Notes: generated from the sequence alone by a model not told the origin. A DNA stretch of 64,000 nt from Candidatus Spyradenecus sp. (GCA_051884775.1 JBJEVY010000058.1:2655-66654), one strand, 5' to 3'; positions 18,751 through 29,377 are shown, counted from the stretch's first letter. A program made the numbers and translations.

Positions 18751-19411
18751 CTGATGTCCTCCTGATACCATTTAGGATAAAGTCCAATCCCGCCTCCAGC
18801 GTCGGGCGCAGTGCCAACTGCTCCGAACGCGCTTGCGGCTTGTGCAACCACGCCTCCCGGTGCAACCCGAAGAAGCACGAACTCAACAACGCGGCGATCT
18901 GCGACCCCGAAAGCGGGGAGGCAATCTCGCCCAAATCCTTCAGCCGCTCCATGCACGCCACCAGGCGGTCATACGGGTCGGCCACCATCAGCGCATCCAA
19001 CTTCTTGCGCAGCTTCGTCTTCAGCGCCTCGCTCCACTCCACGCGGCTCATCACAAAGATTAAAAACTGTCGGTGCTGGCGGTTCGTTGCGAGCACATCG
19101 GCCCACGCCAAGAAGGCCGCACGCACCTCCTCAAGCGTCGTTGCCCCCTCCAACGGCTTGAACGGGTCGAACGATTCCTGCAACCACGCCAGCAACGCGG
19201 CCAACAGGTCCTCTTTCGTCTTGAAGTGCCAGAAGATGGCGCCCTTGGTCAGGTGAATCTTCTTGGCGATATCATTAAAGGTCGTCAGCGCATATCCACG
19301 CTTGGAAAAGCTCTCCAACGCCACCCGCAGGATGGTGTTTCGCGTCTCCAAAGCCTCTTCTTTTGTTCTGCGCACGGCACTCCTTTTCAAAAAACGCCGC
19401 CCATTATACAA
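18743..19411 (-). CDS. TetR/AcrR family transcriptional regulator
   Basis: N-terminal HTH ILRVALESFSKRGYALTTFNDIAKKIHLTKGAIFWHFKTKEDLL. It is the first gene of the efflux operon. Confidence 0.9.
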   Translation of the reverse strand: MYNGRRFLKRSAVRRTKEEALETRNTILRVALESFSKRGYALTTFNDIAKKIHLTKGAIFWHFKTKEDLLAALLAWLQESFDPFKPLEGATTLEEVRAAFLAWADVLATNRQHRQFLIFVMSRVEWSEALKTKLRKKLDALMVADPYDRLVACMERLKDLGEIASPLSGSQIAALLSSCFFGLHREAWLHKPQARSEQLALRPTLEAGLDFILNGIRRTSDD

Positions 19412-19565
19412 ACCGTCAGGCTAGTAAGCAAGCACTTTTTCGCGTCCTTTCGCCGCGGAAGCCTGCGTGAAATGCCCACGGCTCAGGGGGTTCTGCGGGA
19501 TTGCCCCACCCGCTCTCCGGGGCCATGGGGGGATTGGGGCGCAGTGGATGGGGGTGGGGCGAGGC

Positions 19566-20837
19566 CTAAGGGGTGGTTGTTGACGCTGCGCGTAAGGCGG
19601 GCGCTTCGGGGTCCTCGGGGGAAGTGGCCTGGAGGCGTTTGTGGAGTTGCTTGGGGGTGACAACGCCGAGGGATTTGAGGCTTTCGAGCTGTTTGATGAC
19701 GTTGCCGCGGCCGGAGGAGAGTTGTTTATGGGCGGTGTCGTAGGCGGCTTTGGCTTTGTCGAGTTGCTCGCCGAGGGCGGCAAAGGTGTCGGTGAAGGAG
19801 GCGAACTTCTCGTAGAGCTTGGTGGCTGCGGAGATGATTTGCTCGGCCTTCTCGCTTTGGGCTTCGCGCGAACGGAGGAGCGTGGCGATTTGCAGGCAGA
19901 GGAGGAGTGTGGTGGGGTTGACGATGATGACGCGGCGCCGGAAGGCTTCGGTGACGAGTTGGCGATCGTGCTCCATCGCCAGGAGGTAGCTTCCTTCGTT
20001 GGGAATGAACATGAGAATGTAGTTCTGCGCCCCTTTGATTTTGCCGGGGTAATCCTTGTCGGCCAGTTCTTTGACATGCGCACGCACGGAGGCGATATGG
20101 TCGGCAATGGCCTTTTGCCGCGCAGGTTCATCGGTTGCAGCCATATAGTTGGCATAGGCGGTGATGGAGACCTTGGAATCGACCAGGAGGACTTCGCCGT
20201 GGGGCAGGAGGATCTCCACATCGGGGATGAGGCGTTGCCCGGTTTCGTCGAGTTCCTGAGCTTGGAGGCGGTAGTCGATGTTCTCGGTTAATCCGGCGGC
20301 GGCAAGGAGGTTCTCGAGGATCATCTCGCCCCAGTTGCCCTGCGTTTTGGCCTCGGATTTGAGGGCCTTGGTAAGGGCCTCGGCATCGGCGCTGATTTGC
20401 AGGGTCTGCCGCTGGAGGCGTTCAAGGGCCTCTTCAAAGCTCGCCTTATTGGTCACCTGTTGATCGCGATTGGCTTCAAAGGCCTTCCGGAAGGCCTCAA
20501 GTTGCGCGCCCAAGGGCTCCAACAGCACCTTGAAACGCGTCCGGTTATCCTCGGCCAGACCGGCGCGCGAGGCTTCGAGCTGCCGGGTGGCGAGGTTGGT
20601 AAACTGCTCGCGGAGCGCCTTGAGCGAGGCCTGGAGCGTGGCCTGCTGTTCGGTGCGGGTTTGGCTGGCGAGGCGTTCGCGCTCGGCGAGGGTAATCTCC
20701 GCGCGCTCCGCCCGCTGCCGCTGGGCCTGCGCCTCCGTTCGCGCCACGCGGCAGGTCTGCGCGAGGTGCCACGCCCAGAGGCCCAAGCCCGCCGCCGCCA
20801 CCACCGCGCCCGTCAATAACACGACTAAAACCTGCAT
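19566..20837 (-). CDS. rmuC: DNA recombination protein RmuC
   Basis: N-terminal TM segment, long coiled coil, and C-terminal RmuC nuclease-like region ...PDVEILLPHGEVLLVDSKVSITAY...MFIPNEGSY... Confidence 0.85.
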   Translation of the reverse strand: MQVLVVLLTGAVVAAAGLGLWAWHLAQTCRVARTEAQAQRQRAERAEITLAERERLASQTRTEQQATLQASLKALREQFTNLATRQLEASRAGLAEDNRTRFKVLLEPLGAQLEAFRKAFEANRDQQVTNKASFEEALERLQRQTLQISADAEALTKALKSEAKTQGNWGEMILENLLAAAGLTENIDYRLQAQELDETGQRLIPDVEILLPHGEVLLVDSKVSITAYANYMAATDEPARQKAIADHIASVRAHVKELADKDYPGKIKGAQNYILMFIPNEGSYLLAMEHDRQLVTEAFRRRVIIVNPTTLLLCLQIATLLRSREAQSEKAEQIISAATKLYEKFASFTDTFAALGEQLDKAKAAYDTAHKQLSSGRGNVIKQLESLKSLGVVTPKQLHKRLQATSPEDPEAPALRAASTTTP

Positions 20838-20923
20838 CTTGCCTCGCTTTCCAGTCCGCCGTGGACCGCTGCGCGCAAGTATAACAGATTTGCACGGGCG
20901 GGAGATGTGGTATAATCGCGGGT

Positions 20924-22405
20924 ATGAATAGGATGCAGACGCGTTGGTGCCTGGCGGTTGCGCTGGGCGTGGTGTTGGCGGGAGTGGGTTTTTGCGCGCC
21001 GTTGCCGCAGGGGCTGTCCGCGGCAGATCAGGCGAAGTTGGCCAAGATTGCCGCCGTTCGGCCGACGCCGCAGCAGGCGGCTTGGCAGCGGTTCGAGCTG
21101 ACCGCCTTCTTCCACTTTGGGATGAATACCTACACTGGCCGCGAGTGGGGCGATGGCAAGGAGGATCCCAAGCAGTTCAACCCCACCTCGCTCGATTGCC
21201 GGCAGTGGATCCGCGCGGCGAAGGCGGCGGGGATTAAGTTGGCCATTCTGACGGCGAAGCATCACGATGGCTTCTGCCTGTGGCCGAGCAAGTTGACGAA
21301 GCATACGGTGGCCGCCTCGCCGTGGCGGCGGGGGCGGGGCGATGTCTGCCGCGAGTTTGTGGCGGCGTGCAAGGCCGAGGGGATGCGCGTGGGGATGTAC
21401 CTCTCGCCGTGGGATCGCCACGAGCCGAGCTATGGCACGCCGGCCTACAACGACTTCTTTGTGGGGCAGCTCAACGAACTCTTCGATAACTATGGCCCCA
21501 TCGACGAGATTTGGTTCGATGGCGCTTGCGGCGAGGGGCCCAACGGTAAGCGCCAGGAGTATGACTGGAACCGCTACTACGCCACCATCCGCAAGCGCAA
21601 CCCCAAGTGCGTCATCGCCGTCTCGGGGCCGGATGTGCGCTGGGTGGGCAATGAGTCTGGCCTGGCGCGCGAGAGCGAGTGGAGCGTGGTGCCGGCCGCG
21701 GCGATGAATAACGATGCCGTGCGCGAGAACTTCGAGAACTACCACTTCGAGGGCACCGACGTCACCAAGATGGCCGAACAGCAGGCCGCGATGGCCAAGC
21801 CGGTCATCGACGCGCAGTCCAAGACCCTCGGCTCGCTCAAGGAGGTGCTCGCCGCCGACCACTGGGTCTGGTATCCGGCCGAGTGCGACGTCTCTATCCG
21901 CCCGGGCTGGTTCTATCACCCGGAGCAGGATGGCCAGGTCAAGACCCCCGAACAGCTGATGAGCCTCTACGATCGTTCGGTCGGCCGCAACGCCGTCCTG
22001 CTGCTCAATATCCCCCCGATGCCCAACGGCAAGGTTCACGCCACGGATGTCGAGCACCTGCGCGCCTTCGGGCGGGCCGTGCGCGCCACCTTCGGGCGCA
22101 ACCTCCTCGGCCGCGTCCGCCCCGGGCAGCTGGAGGTCAAGCCCGCCCAGCCGATCGCCTTCGACACCGTGATGGTGCAGGAGGATATCACCAAGGGCCA
22201 ACTGGTCGAGCGCTTCCACGTCGAGGCCATCCTCCACGGCAAGCAGGAGTGGGAGACCATCGCCACCTCCACCACCATCGGCCACAAGCGCATTATCCGC
22301 CTGCCCCAGTCCGTCACCGCCAAGGCCGTCCGCATCGTCATCGACGAAGCCCGCGCCGAGCCCAATATCCTCTCCTTCTCCGTCCACCGCGCCACGATGC
22401 GCTAA
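20924..22405 (+). CDS. Secreted alpha-L-fucosidase (GH29) with C-terminal F5/8-type-C-like domain
   Basis: Signal peptide present. AILTAKHHDGFCLWPS is the GH29 hallmark, and WFDGACGEG is also present. Confidence 0.9.
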   Translation: MNRMQTRWCLAVALGVVLAGVGFCAPLPQGLSAADQAKLAKIAAVRPTPQQAAWQRFELTAFFHFGMNTYTGREWGDGKEDPKQFNPTSLDCRQWIRAAKAAGIKLAILTAKHHDGFCLWPSKLTKHTVAASPWRRGRGDVCREFVAACKAEGMRVGMYLSPWDRHEPSYGTPAYNDFFVGQLNELFDNYGPIDEIWFDGACGEGPNGKRQEYDWNRYYATIRKRNPKCVIAVSGPDVRWVGNESGLARESEWSVVPAAAMNNDAVRENFENYHFEGTDVTKMAEQQAAMAKPVIDAQSKTLGSLKEVLAADHWVWYPAECDVSIRPGWFYHPEQDGQVKTPEQLMSLYDRSVGRNAVLLLNIPPMPNGKVHATDVEHLRAFGRAVRATFGRNLLGRVRPGQLEVKPAQPIAFDTVMVQEDITKGQLVERFHVEAILHGKQEWETIATSTTIGHKRIIRLPQSVTAKAVRIVIDEARAEPNILSFSVHRATMR

Positions 22406-22521
22406 GGCTCGCTACGCTCGCGTGAGGTGGCGGTTGCACCGCCGTGAGGTGCGCCTGGCGGCGCGCGAGGAGGCCCTCCGGGCCGCGAGAAGCGGTGAAG
22501 CGAGAGGCAAGAGGGCAGATG

Positions 22522-22630
22522 ACAGAGGCTTGGGGGCCCGCCCCCAAACCCCGGGCAGGGCTCACTCGCCCTGCACCTCGGGAGCGTGGGACGCTCCACC
22601 CCGGCCGAAGCGCCCTCCGGACACTTCGGC
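22522..22630. repeat. Diverged third copy of the 130-bp multi-hairpin repeat
   Basis: gggggcccgcccccaaaccccgggcagggctcactcgccctgcacctcgggagcgtgggacgctccaccccggccgaagcgccc aligns with copies 1 and 2. Confidence 0.75.
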
Positions 22631-22890
22631 AATAAGGCAACGAAGCGTTATTATGCGTTGAGGTATGAGACAGACTATGCAAGCATTTGTCAGAGGCGTA
22701 GCTTCGTGTTTGAGAGTGAAGTTGCATATCCCTCGGCGTGACTATGTGCCATTTGAGACTATTCAGGCAATGTTGCGTCCAGAGGAGACGGAACATCGTG
22801 TGGCAGATGCCTTTTGGTGTGCCATAAGCCACTTTCCGCTGCCAGGGAAAGAACGCTAACCGCTAATCGCTAACGGCTAACTGCTAGTCG

Positions 22891-24996
22891 CTACTCCTCA
22901 AAAGCTTCAATGAGGTCGAGGAGGGCGTCGCCGTATTTGGCGAGTTTGCGGTCGCCGAGGCCGGGGATGAGTTCGAGTTCGGCGGGGGTGGTGGGGCGCT
23001 TGCGGGCGAGTTCGGCGATGGTTTTGTTGTTGAGGACCATATAGGCGGGCAGGCCGCGACGGTCGGCTTCCTCGCGGACCCAGTGGCGCAGGGCGGTGGC
23101 GAGGCCACCCTCGGCGGGGCGGGTGCGGGAACGCGGGGAGGCGGGTTCGCCGGAGGGGGAGGGGAAGCGGCTGGGGGCGTCGGCCCGTTTGGGTCTGGCG
23201 CGGAAGGTGGCGATGGGGGCGGGGTCTGTTTTGGCGAAGACGAGGTCGTATCCGGCAGGGGTGAGGGTCATGCCGGCGAGGTAGCCATCCATTTCGAGGG
23301 CTTCAAGGTCGCGGAGGATGGCATCGATGGATTGCTCGGAGAGGAGGCCGAAGGTGGAGAGGTCGGTCCACGGGGCGGGGGCGGTGCCGCGGAGGATGGC
23401 GGCAGCGAGGGGGTAATCACCTTGGCCGTGCATGCGGGCGATGCAGGAGAGCTCTTTGCGCAGACGCAGGAGGGTGGCGGCAGAGGGGGGGACGCGGGGG
23501 GGAAAGGCGGCGAGGGGGTGGCAATGATCGCACTTGGCGCAACGCTTGGGGAGGGCGGCGGTCTCTTCACCGAAGTAGGCGAGGAGGAAGCGGTGGCGGC
23601 AGACGCGGGCATCGATATAGCCGAGCATCTCTTGGAGGCGGTCGCGGTCGGCCTCCTCCTTGCGCTGGAGGCTGGTGCAGATGCGCTCGAGGGCGGTGCG
23701 GTCTGGCTCTTGGGGGACGGAGATGATGGAGTAGGGCGTGCCGACTTGGCGGCGGCGGGAGATGAGGCCGTGGCGCTCGAAGAGGGCGAAGAGGTTGCGC
23801 ACGGAGACGGCCGAGGAGAGCCCGGCGAGTTCGGCCCAGCCTTCGGGGTCGTGACTGGCTTCGCCGTGCTCGCCCTGGGCGCAGGCGTTGCGGATGGCGG
23901 CGTAGAGCTCGTAGACGTGGCTGGGGGGCGGGGTGGTGCTGGCGATGAAGAACTCCTGGGTGCGGACATCGGCGTAGTTGAAGAGGAGTTCGCACCAGGC
24001 GTAGTGGCCATCGCGTCCGGCGCGGCCGACCTCTTGGTAGTAGGCTTCCAGACTGCCGGGGACATCCCAGTGGATGACGAAGCGGATGTCCTGGCGGTCG
24101 ACCCCCATCCCGAAGGCGTTGGTGGCCACCACCACGGGCGCTTCGCCGCGCATAAAGGCCTCTTGGACGCGGCTGCGCTCGTCATCGGCCATGCCGCCGC
24201 TGTAGGCCAGGGCCTTGACGCCGTTTTCCGCGAGCAGACCGCGGACGCGTTCGACCATCTTGCGCGTGGCGCAGTAGAGGATGCCGGTGCGGAAGAACTC
24301 GATCACCTGCAGGCAGCGCTCGAGCTTTTCGCCGTGGGTGCGCACGCGGGTGACATTGAGCGAGAGGTTGGGGCGCTCAAAGCCGGTGACGACAATGGCC
24401 GGCTCGGGGCGGCCGCCCTGGCCGAGGCGCAGGTGGGCAGCGATGTCGCGGCGGACGGCATCGGTGGCGGTGGCGGTGACGGCGATGAGGCGGACGGCGG
24501 GGGGCAGGGTGGAGACCACTTCGCCCAGGTGCAGGTAGTCGGGACGGAAGTCGTGGCCCCAGGTGCTGATGCAGTGGGCCTCGTCAACCGCGAGCATCGC
24601 CAGGGGCATTTCGCGGAAGGTTTCGAGGAAGCGCGGGTTGCGGAAGCGCTCGGGGGCCACATAGACAAGCTTGTAGCGCCCCAGGCGCATGCCCGCCAGG
24701 CGGCGAGTGGTCTCCTCGGTGGAGAGGGTGGAGTTGAGGAAGGTGGCCGGAATGCGGCGGGCGACGAGGGCGTCGACCTGGTCCTTCATCAGTGCGATGA
24801 GCGGGGAGACGACCAGGGTGCAGCCCTCCATCATCAGCGCCGGGAGCTGGAAGCAGAGGCTCTTGCCCGAGCCGGTGGGCATTACGAGGAGCGCATCGCC
24901 GCCCTCTAGGACGCGGCGAATAACCTGTTCCTGCCCGGGGCGAAAGGCCCCAAAGCCGAACCAGCGTTGCAGCGCTTGAAGGAGCGAGTCGCTCAA
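22891..24996 (-). CDS. recQ: ATP-dependent DNA helicase RecQ
   Basis: FGFGAFRPGQEQVI, MPTGSGKSLCFQLPA (Walker A), AVDEAHCISTWGHDFRPDY (DEAH), a zinc-binding Cys cluster, and a C-terminal HRDC-like region. Confidence 0.95.
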   Translation of the reverse strand: MSDSLLQALQRWFGFGAFRPGQEQVIRRVLEGGDALLVMPTGSGKSLCFQLPALMMEGCTLVVSPLIALMKDQVDALVARRIPATFLNSTLSTEETTRRLAGMRLGRYKLVYVAPERFRNPRFLETFREMPLAMLAVDEAHCISTWGHDFRPDYLHLGEVVSTLPPAVRLIAVTATATDAVRRDIAAHLRLGQGGRPEPAIVVTGFERPNLSLNVTRVRTHGEKLERCLQVIEFFRTGILYCATRKMVERVRGLLAENGVKALAYSGGMADDERSRVQEAFMRGEAPVVVATNAFGMGVDRQDIRFVIHWDVPGSLEAYYQEVGRAGRDGHYAWCELLFNYADVRTQEFFIASTTPPPSHVYELYAAIRNACAQGEHGEASHDPEGWAELAGLSSAVSVRNLFALFERHGLISRRRQVGTPYSIISVPQEPDRTALERICTSLQRKEEADRDRLQEMLGYIDARVCRHRFLLAYFGEETAALPKRCAKCDHCHPLAAFPPRVPPSAATLLRLRKELSCIARMHGQGDYPLAAAILRGTAPAPWTDLSTFGLLSEQSIDAILRDLEALEMDGYLAGMTLTPAGYDLVFAKTDPAPIATFRARPKRADAPSRFPSPSGEPASPRSRTRPAEGGLATALRHWVREEADRRGLPAYMVLNNKTIAELARKRPTTPAELELIPGLGDRKLAKYGDALLDLIEAFEE

Positions 24997-25511
24997 GGCT
25001 GCTGCAGTTGGAAGTACTCTTCGCGCGCCTTCTGGAAGAGGGCGTTGTAAACCTCGGGCGTGCCGAGGCCGGATTTGAAGGTCAGTTGGACGCCATCGGG
25101 GCCCATCACCACGATGTAGGGATAGTAGCGGCCATCATCTTCCACAAAGAAGGTCTCCTCGAAGACGGCGCGCGTCTCGGCATCATCGCAGGAGGTATCG
25201 GCGTAGAGGAAGTCTGCGGGCATCTTGATGCGCCCATCGCCGAGCATATTCCAGACCTTCTGGCAGTTGGTGCAGTTTTCGCGGCCATACTGGACCAGGA
25301 GGAACTTCTTCTCCGCCTTGGCCTTGGCGATGGCTTTGGCCAGGTCGTGCTCGCCCTTGGGTTTGACCACCTTAATCTGCTCGCAGCCCTTGGGCGTGGG
25401 GACGGTGGAGGGGGCGAAGCCCTTCTCGCCTTCGGCGGCGGTGAGGCTGACGGCGATGGCCAGGCAGCTCAGAAGCATAAACCAGGATTTCATTGGATGC
25501 GTTCCTTTCAA
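24993..25511 (-). CDS. Secreted thioredoxin-fold protein
   Basis: Signal peptide MKSWFMLLSCLAIAVSLTA and CxxC motif (ENCTNCQKVW). It overlaps the recQ start by 4 nt. Confidence 0.65.
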   Translation of the reverse strand: MKGTHPMKSWFMLLSCLAIAVSLTAAEGEKGFAPSTVPTPKGCEQIKVVKPKGEHDLAKAIAKAKAEKKFLLVQYGRENCTNCQKVWNMLGDGRIKMPADFLYADTSCDDAETRAVFEETFFVEDDGRYYPYIVVMGPDGVQLTFKSGLGTPEVYNALFQKAREEYFQLQQP

Positions 25512-25532
25512 TAGCAGTGCGCACGGGGCGCG

Positions 25533-25931
25533 TTAGAGGGCAAAGGGGTCGGGAAAGAGGGCGCCGAGGGTGGTGCGGGTGACGGGGGCAGCCGCATCTA
25601 ACGCGCCCAGCGCGATGGGCATCTTCGGCGAACAGAACTCGGCGAGGACCTGCCGGCAGGCGCCGCAGGGCGGCACCGGGCGCTCGGCCGCCAGGGCCAA
25701 GGCCGTGAAGCGGCGGCAGCCTTCGGCGATGGCGTGGAAGCAGGCGTTGCGTTCGGCACAGACCGTGAGGCTGTAGGAGGCGTTCTCCACATTGCAGCCG
25801 GTGTAGATGCGGCCATCCTCGCCCAAGAGCGCGGCCCCAACGCGGAAGTGCGAGTAGGGCGCGTAGGCCTTGAGCGCGGCCTGACGGGCGGCGGCGAGGA
25901 GGGCGGTTTCGGTGGGGGCGGTCTCGGGCAT
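25533..25931 (-). CDS. cdd: Cytidine deaminase
   Basis: CAERNA (zinc/catalytic Glu motif) and PCGACRQ. Start set to ATG 25931 to avoid overlap with the upstream permease; the track start is 25967. Confidence 0.9.
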   Translation of the reverse strand: MPETAPTETALLAAARQAALKAYAPYSHFRVGAALLGEDGRIYTGCNVENASYSLTVCAERNACFHAIAEGCRRFTALALAAERPVPPCGACRQVLAEFCSPKMPIALGALDAAAPVTRTTLGALFPDPFAL

Positions 25932-25947
25932 CGGCGGGGTCTCCGGG

Positions 25948-27315
25948 TTACTCGTGGCGCAGGGCATCGATGGGATTCAGGCGGCTGGCGCGCCAGGCGG
26001 GATAGAAGCCGAAGGCCACGCCGATAATCGCCGAGATGCCCGCCGAGATGAGAATGGCATTGAGCGAAACTTGCACCGGCCAATGGAGGACCTGCGCAAT
26101 CACCAGCGAGGCGCAGCGCCCCACGCCAATCCCCACCAGCCCGCCCAAGATGCAGAGGAGGACCGACTCGGTGAGGAACTGCGAGAGGATGCGGCTGCCG
26201 CGCGCGCCCACGGCCATCCGCAGGCCAATTTCGCGCGTGCGCTCGGTCACGCTCACCAGCATAATGTTCATAATCCCCACGCCGCCGACCACGAGCGAGA
26301 GCATCGCCACGATGAGCAGCAGCGTGGTCATCAACCCACTGGTGGCGGTCATCGTCTTGAGCATCTCGGACATATCGCGGATGGAGAAGTCGTCCTCCGC
26401 GCCGGGGGCGATGTTGTGGCGGCGGCGCAGCACTGCGCAGATCTGCGCCATCGCGTCGGGCACCTGTTCGGGGGTCTTGGCCGAGACGGTGATCTGGTCG
26501 ATATTGTTAAAGCGCACGGGCAGGGGATAGTTCTGCGCCTGAACCGAGTCGCGCGCGGGGTAGGTGGAGGTGGAGCTTTCGGGGTAGACATCGCTGGTCG
26601 AGGAGGTGGTGGAGGTGGAGGATGCGGAGCCCGAGGCGCCGGTGGCCGAGGAGCCCGAGCGCGAGAGGCGGCTGCGCATCGTCTTCCAGGGCACGATGAC
26701 CGTGTCGTCCTGGTCCATCCCCATCATATTGGCCCCTTTGCGCGGCAGCACGCCGATAATGCGGAAGAGGACGTTGTTCAGGCGCAGGTCTTGGCCAACG
26801 GCCTCCTGCCCCGGGAAGAGCTCGTTCTTGACCGTCTGCCCAATCACGCAGACACAGGCGGAGACGTCCACCTCGCGCTTGGTGAAGTAGCGTCCGCTCT
26901 CGGGGCTGCCCCACGATTGCACGGTGAAGTAATCCTCATTGCCTGAGTAGACCGTGAAGGGGGTCCAGTTCCGGTTGCCGGCGATGGCCTGAATGCCGCG
27001 GCGCGAGAGCGAGGGGGTGACGGCCTCGACCGAGAGGCACTCGGCGGCGATGGCCTGGCAATCTTCTTCCGTGAGCGTGACCGTGCCGCCCGAGCCCGAG
27101 CTGATGCCCGCGGTCTTGACGGCCGAGGGCCAAATCATCATCACATTGGTGCCCATATTCGAGATGGAGCGCTTGATGGATTGCGAGGCGCCCGCGCCAA
27201 TCTCCATCATCGTAATCACCACCGCCACGCCAATCACGATGCCCAGCATCGTCAGGAGCGAGCGCAGAATGTTGCGCTTGAGTGAAACGAAGGCCGCTAG
27301 GATTTGCTTGATCAT
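25948..27315 (-). CDS. MacB-type ABC transporter permease (MacB_PCD plus FtsX domains)
   Basis: 455 aa. N-terminus LKRNILRSLLTMLGIVIGVAVV, a large periplasmic domain, and a C-terminal FtsX 3-TM bundle with YPAWRASRLNPIDALRHE. Confidence 0.9.
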   Translation of the reverse strand: MIKQILAAFVSLKRNILRSLLTMLGIVIGVAVVITMMEIGAGASQSIKRSISNMGTNVMMIWPSAVKTAGISSGSGGTVTLTEEDCQAIAAECLSVEAVTPSLSRRGIQAIAGNRNWTPFTVYSGNEDYFTVQSWGSPESGRYFTKREVDVSACVCVIGQTVKNELFPGQEAVGQDLRLNNVLFRIIGVLPRKGANMMGMDQDDTVIVPWKTMRSRLSRSGSSATGASGSASSTSTTSSTSDVYPESSTSTYPARDSVQAQNYPLPVRFNNIDQITVSAKTPEQVPDAMAQICAVLRRRHNIAPGAEDDFSIRDMSEMLKTMTATSGLMTTLLLIVAMLSLVVGGVGIMNIMLVSVTERTREIGLRMAVGARGSRILSQFLTESVLLCILGGLVGIGVGRCASLVIAQVLHWPVQVSLNAILISAGISAIIGVAFGFYPAWRASRLNPIDALRHE

Positions 27316-27330
27316 TGGCGTGCTCCTCCC

Positions 27331-28074
27331 TTAGCGCTCGTTGTAGGTGCCGCCGACCACCAGGCCGTCCTTAATATGGTAGGCCTCCTTGGCGAAGGCG
27401 CCGACCTCCGGCGAGTGGGTGACGAGCACGATGGTAATCCCCTCCTGCTCGTTCAGCTCCTGGAACATCCGCAGCACCTCCTCGGAGGTCTTGGAATCGA
27501 GGTTCCCGGTCGGCTCATCGGCAAAGAGAATCTTGGGGCGGTTGACCAGCGCCCGGGCAATCGCCACGCGCTGCTGCTGCCCGCCGGACATCTGCGAGGG
27601 CTGGTGCTCCATTCGCTCGCCCAACCCCACGCGCGTGAGCAGGTGCTCGGCCCAGGCGCGCTCCTCGCGGGCGCTCTTGCGGTTGCGGGCATATTCCAGG
27701 GGCATTAGCACGTTCTTCAAGGCCGACGTGCGCGCCAGGAGGTTGAAGTTCTGGAAGACAAAGCCGATGCGCTCATTACGCAGATCCGCGCGCGCATTGG
27801 CCGAGAGGGTCGTCACATCGCGCCCGTCGAGCAGGTATTGTCCGCCCGAGGAGGTATCTAGAAAGCCCAGGATATTCATCAAGGTGGACTTCCCGCCGCC
27901 CGAGGGGCCCATCAGCGCCAGCAGCGTCCCCTCGCGGATGACCATATTGATGCCCTTGAGCACCGGCACATCCACATCCCCAAGACGGTAGGTCTTGCGC
28001 AGATCCTTGAGCTCAATGAGCACGCGCCCGGGGGCTGCCGGGCCGGGAGAGGGGGTGGGGGAGGGCGTGACCAT
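27331..28074 (-). CDS. ABC transporter ATP-binding protein (MacB/LolD type)
   Basis: Walker A GPSGGGKST, signature LSGGQQQRVAIARAL, Walker B ILFADEPTGNLD. Confidence 0.95.
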   Translation of the reverse strand: MVTPSPTPSPGPAAPGRVLIELKDLRKTYRLGDVDVPVLKGINMVIREGTLLALMGPSGGGKSTLMNILGFLDTSSGGQYLLDGRDVTTLSANARADLRNERIGFVFQNFNLLARTSALKNVLMPLEYARNRKSAREERAWAEHLLTRVGLGERMEHQPSQMSGGQQQRVAIARALVNRPKILFADEPTGNLDSKTSEEVLRMFQELNEQEGITIVLVTHSPEVGAFAKEAYHIKDGLVVGGTYNER

Positions 28075-28087
28075 CGCGTCTCTCCGC

Positions 28088-29377
28088 TTAGGGCCGGGGC
28101 GGGGGATTGTTCTTCTTCCCCCACTTCGGCGGCTTGGGCATAAAGGGATTTTCGCCGGCGGCGGAGGCCTGCGCCACCTCGATGGCCGTTAAGGTGCCGG
28201 TAATCACCGTGTCGCCCGGCTCCAACGCCTCGCAGAGGATGGCCGTATTCACATCATCGCTCACCCCCGCCTGGACCGCCATCGCCACCGGCTTGCCGGC
28301 TTCATCTTGCACAAAGAGATAATCCTTCCCCGCGAGTTCGGCCGGCTCCTGCCACCCCTCCGGTCGCCACCGCAGCGCCGTCACCGGCACCAAGAGCGAC
28401 TCGGCCGGCGACTCGGCCAAGATGAAGGAGACATTCGCCGTCAGGTAGGGCAGGAGCAGGTTCCCGGGGTTCTCGGTGGTCACCTCCACCGTGTAGGTGA
28501 CCACGTTGGAGGTCATCGACGCATTTAGCCGCACGCGCCCGACCTTCCCCATAAAGGTCTTGCCCGCGAAGGCATCCACCGTAAAGCGCACCGCCTGCCC
28601 CACCTGAATCGAGCCAATATCCGCCTCGTTAACCGGCACCCAAATCTCAATCTTCCCCAGGTCCTTCGCCACCAGGAAGAGCGAGGGCGTGCTCATCGAA
28701 GCGGTCACCGTCTGCCCAATATTCACGCGCCGATCGATGATAATCCCATCGACCGTCGAGAGAATATCGCAGTACGACAGGTTCCGCTCGGCCTTCTCCA
28801 GCTGCGCCTGCGCCTGCTCAATCGCCGCCTCCGCCTGCTTCACCGAAGCTTCCCCCACATCCAAGTTCGCCTCCGCCGTCTCGTAGGCGCTCTGATAGGC
28901 ATCGTAATCCTTCTGCGAGAGCGCGTCCCCCACACCCAACGCCTGCGCGCGCTTCCAATCCCGCTCAGCCTGACGCAACTTCGCGCCGAACTGCACCACA
29001 TCGGCCTTCGCCCCGGCCAACTGCGCCTGCGCCGTCGTCAGGTTCGCCTTGGCAATCGTCACCTCGGCCTTGTAGGTGACGTCATCAATCCGCGCGAGCA
29101 GCTGCCCCTTCTTCACCTCCGAGCAATAATCCACCTCGCGCCCGGCAGTGTCGACCCCAAAGGCCATAATCTGCCCGGTAATCTGCGCGCCAATATCAAT
29201 CAAATCCTCCGGTTCAATCGTCCCCGTCGCGCGAATCGTCTGCGTCACCTGCCCGCGCGTCAGCTCTGCCGTCTTGTAGGCAATCGATGCCACCTGCTCC
29301 TGCGGCCGCGACCAATACCACCACGCCCCGCCGCCAATCGCCGCCAGCACCAATAACAAGCCAATACCCTTTTTCAT
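28088..29377 (-). CDS. MacA-like periplasmic adaptor (HlyD/MFP family)
   Basis: Trimmed to MKKGIGLLLVLAAIGGGAWWYW (cat at 29375-29377). The track's N-terminal extension only translates the 22-bp tandem repeat. Coiled-coil hairpin plus beta-barrel pattern. Confidence 0.9.
   Translation of the reverse strand: MKKGIGLLLVLAAIGGGAWWYWSRPQEQVASIAYKTAELTRGQVTQTIRATGTIEPEDLIDIGAQITGQIMAFGVDTAGREVDYCSEVKKGQLLARIDDVTYKAEVTIAKANLTTAQAQLAGAKADVVQFGAKLRQAERDWKRAQALGVGDALSQKDYDAYQSAYETAEANLDVGEASVKQAEAAIEQAQAQLEKAERNLSYCDILSTVDGIIIDRRVNIGQTVTASMSTPSLFLVAKDLGKIEIWVPVNEADIGSIQVGQAVRFTVDAFAGKTFMGKVGRVRLNASMTSNVVTYTVEVTTENPGNLLLPYLTANVSFILAESPAESLLVPVTALRWRPEGWQEPAELAGKDYLFVQDEAGKPVAMAVQAGVSDDVNTAILCEALEPGDTVITGTLTAIEVAQASAAGENPFMPKPPKWGKKNNPPPRP

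Noticed and set aside
22665-22859. 64-aa ORF in the A/T-richer segment between the fucosidase gene and recQ.
   Set aside because: There is no usable RBS spacing (gagg is directly adjacent to the ATG) and no recognisable motif. It lies between convergent genes among repeats. The low-GC patch itself may be a remnant of foreign DNA, but I cannot support a gene call.
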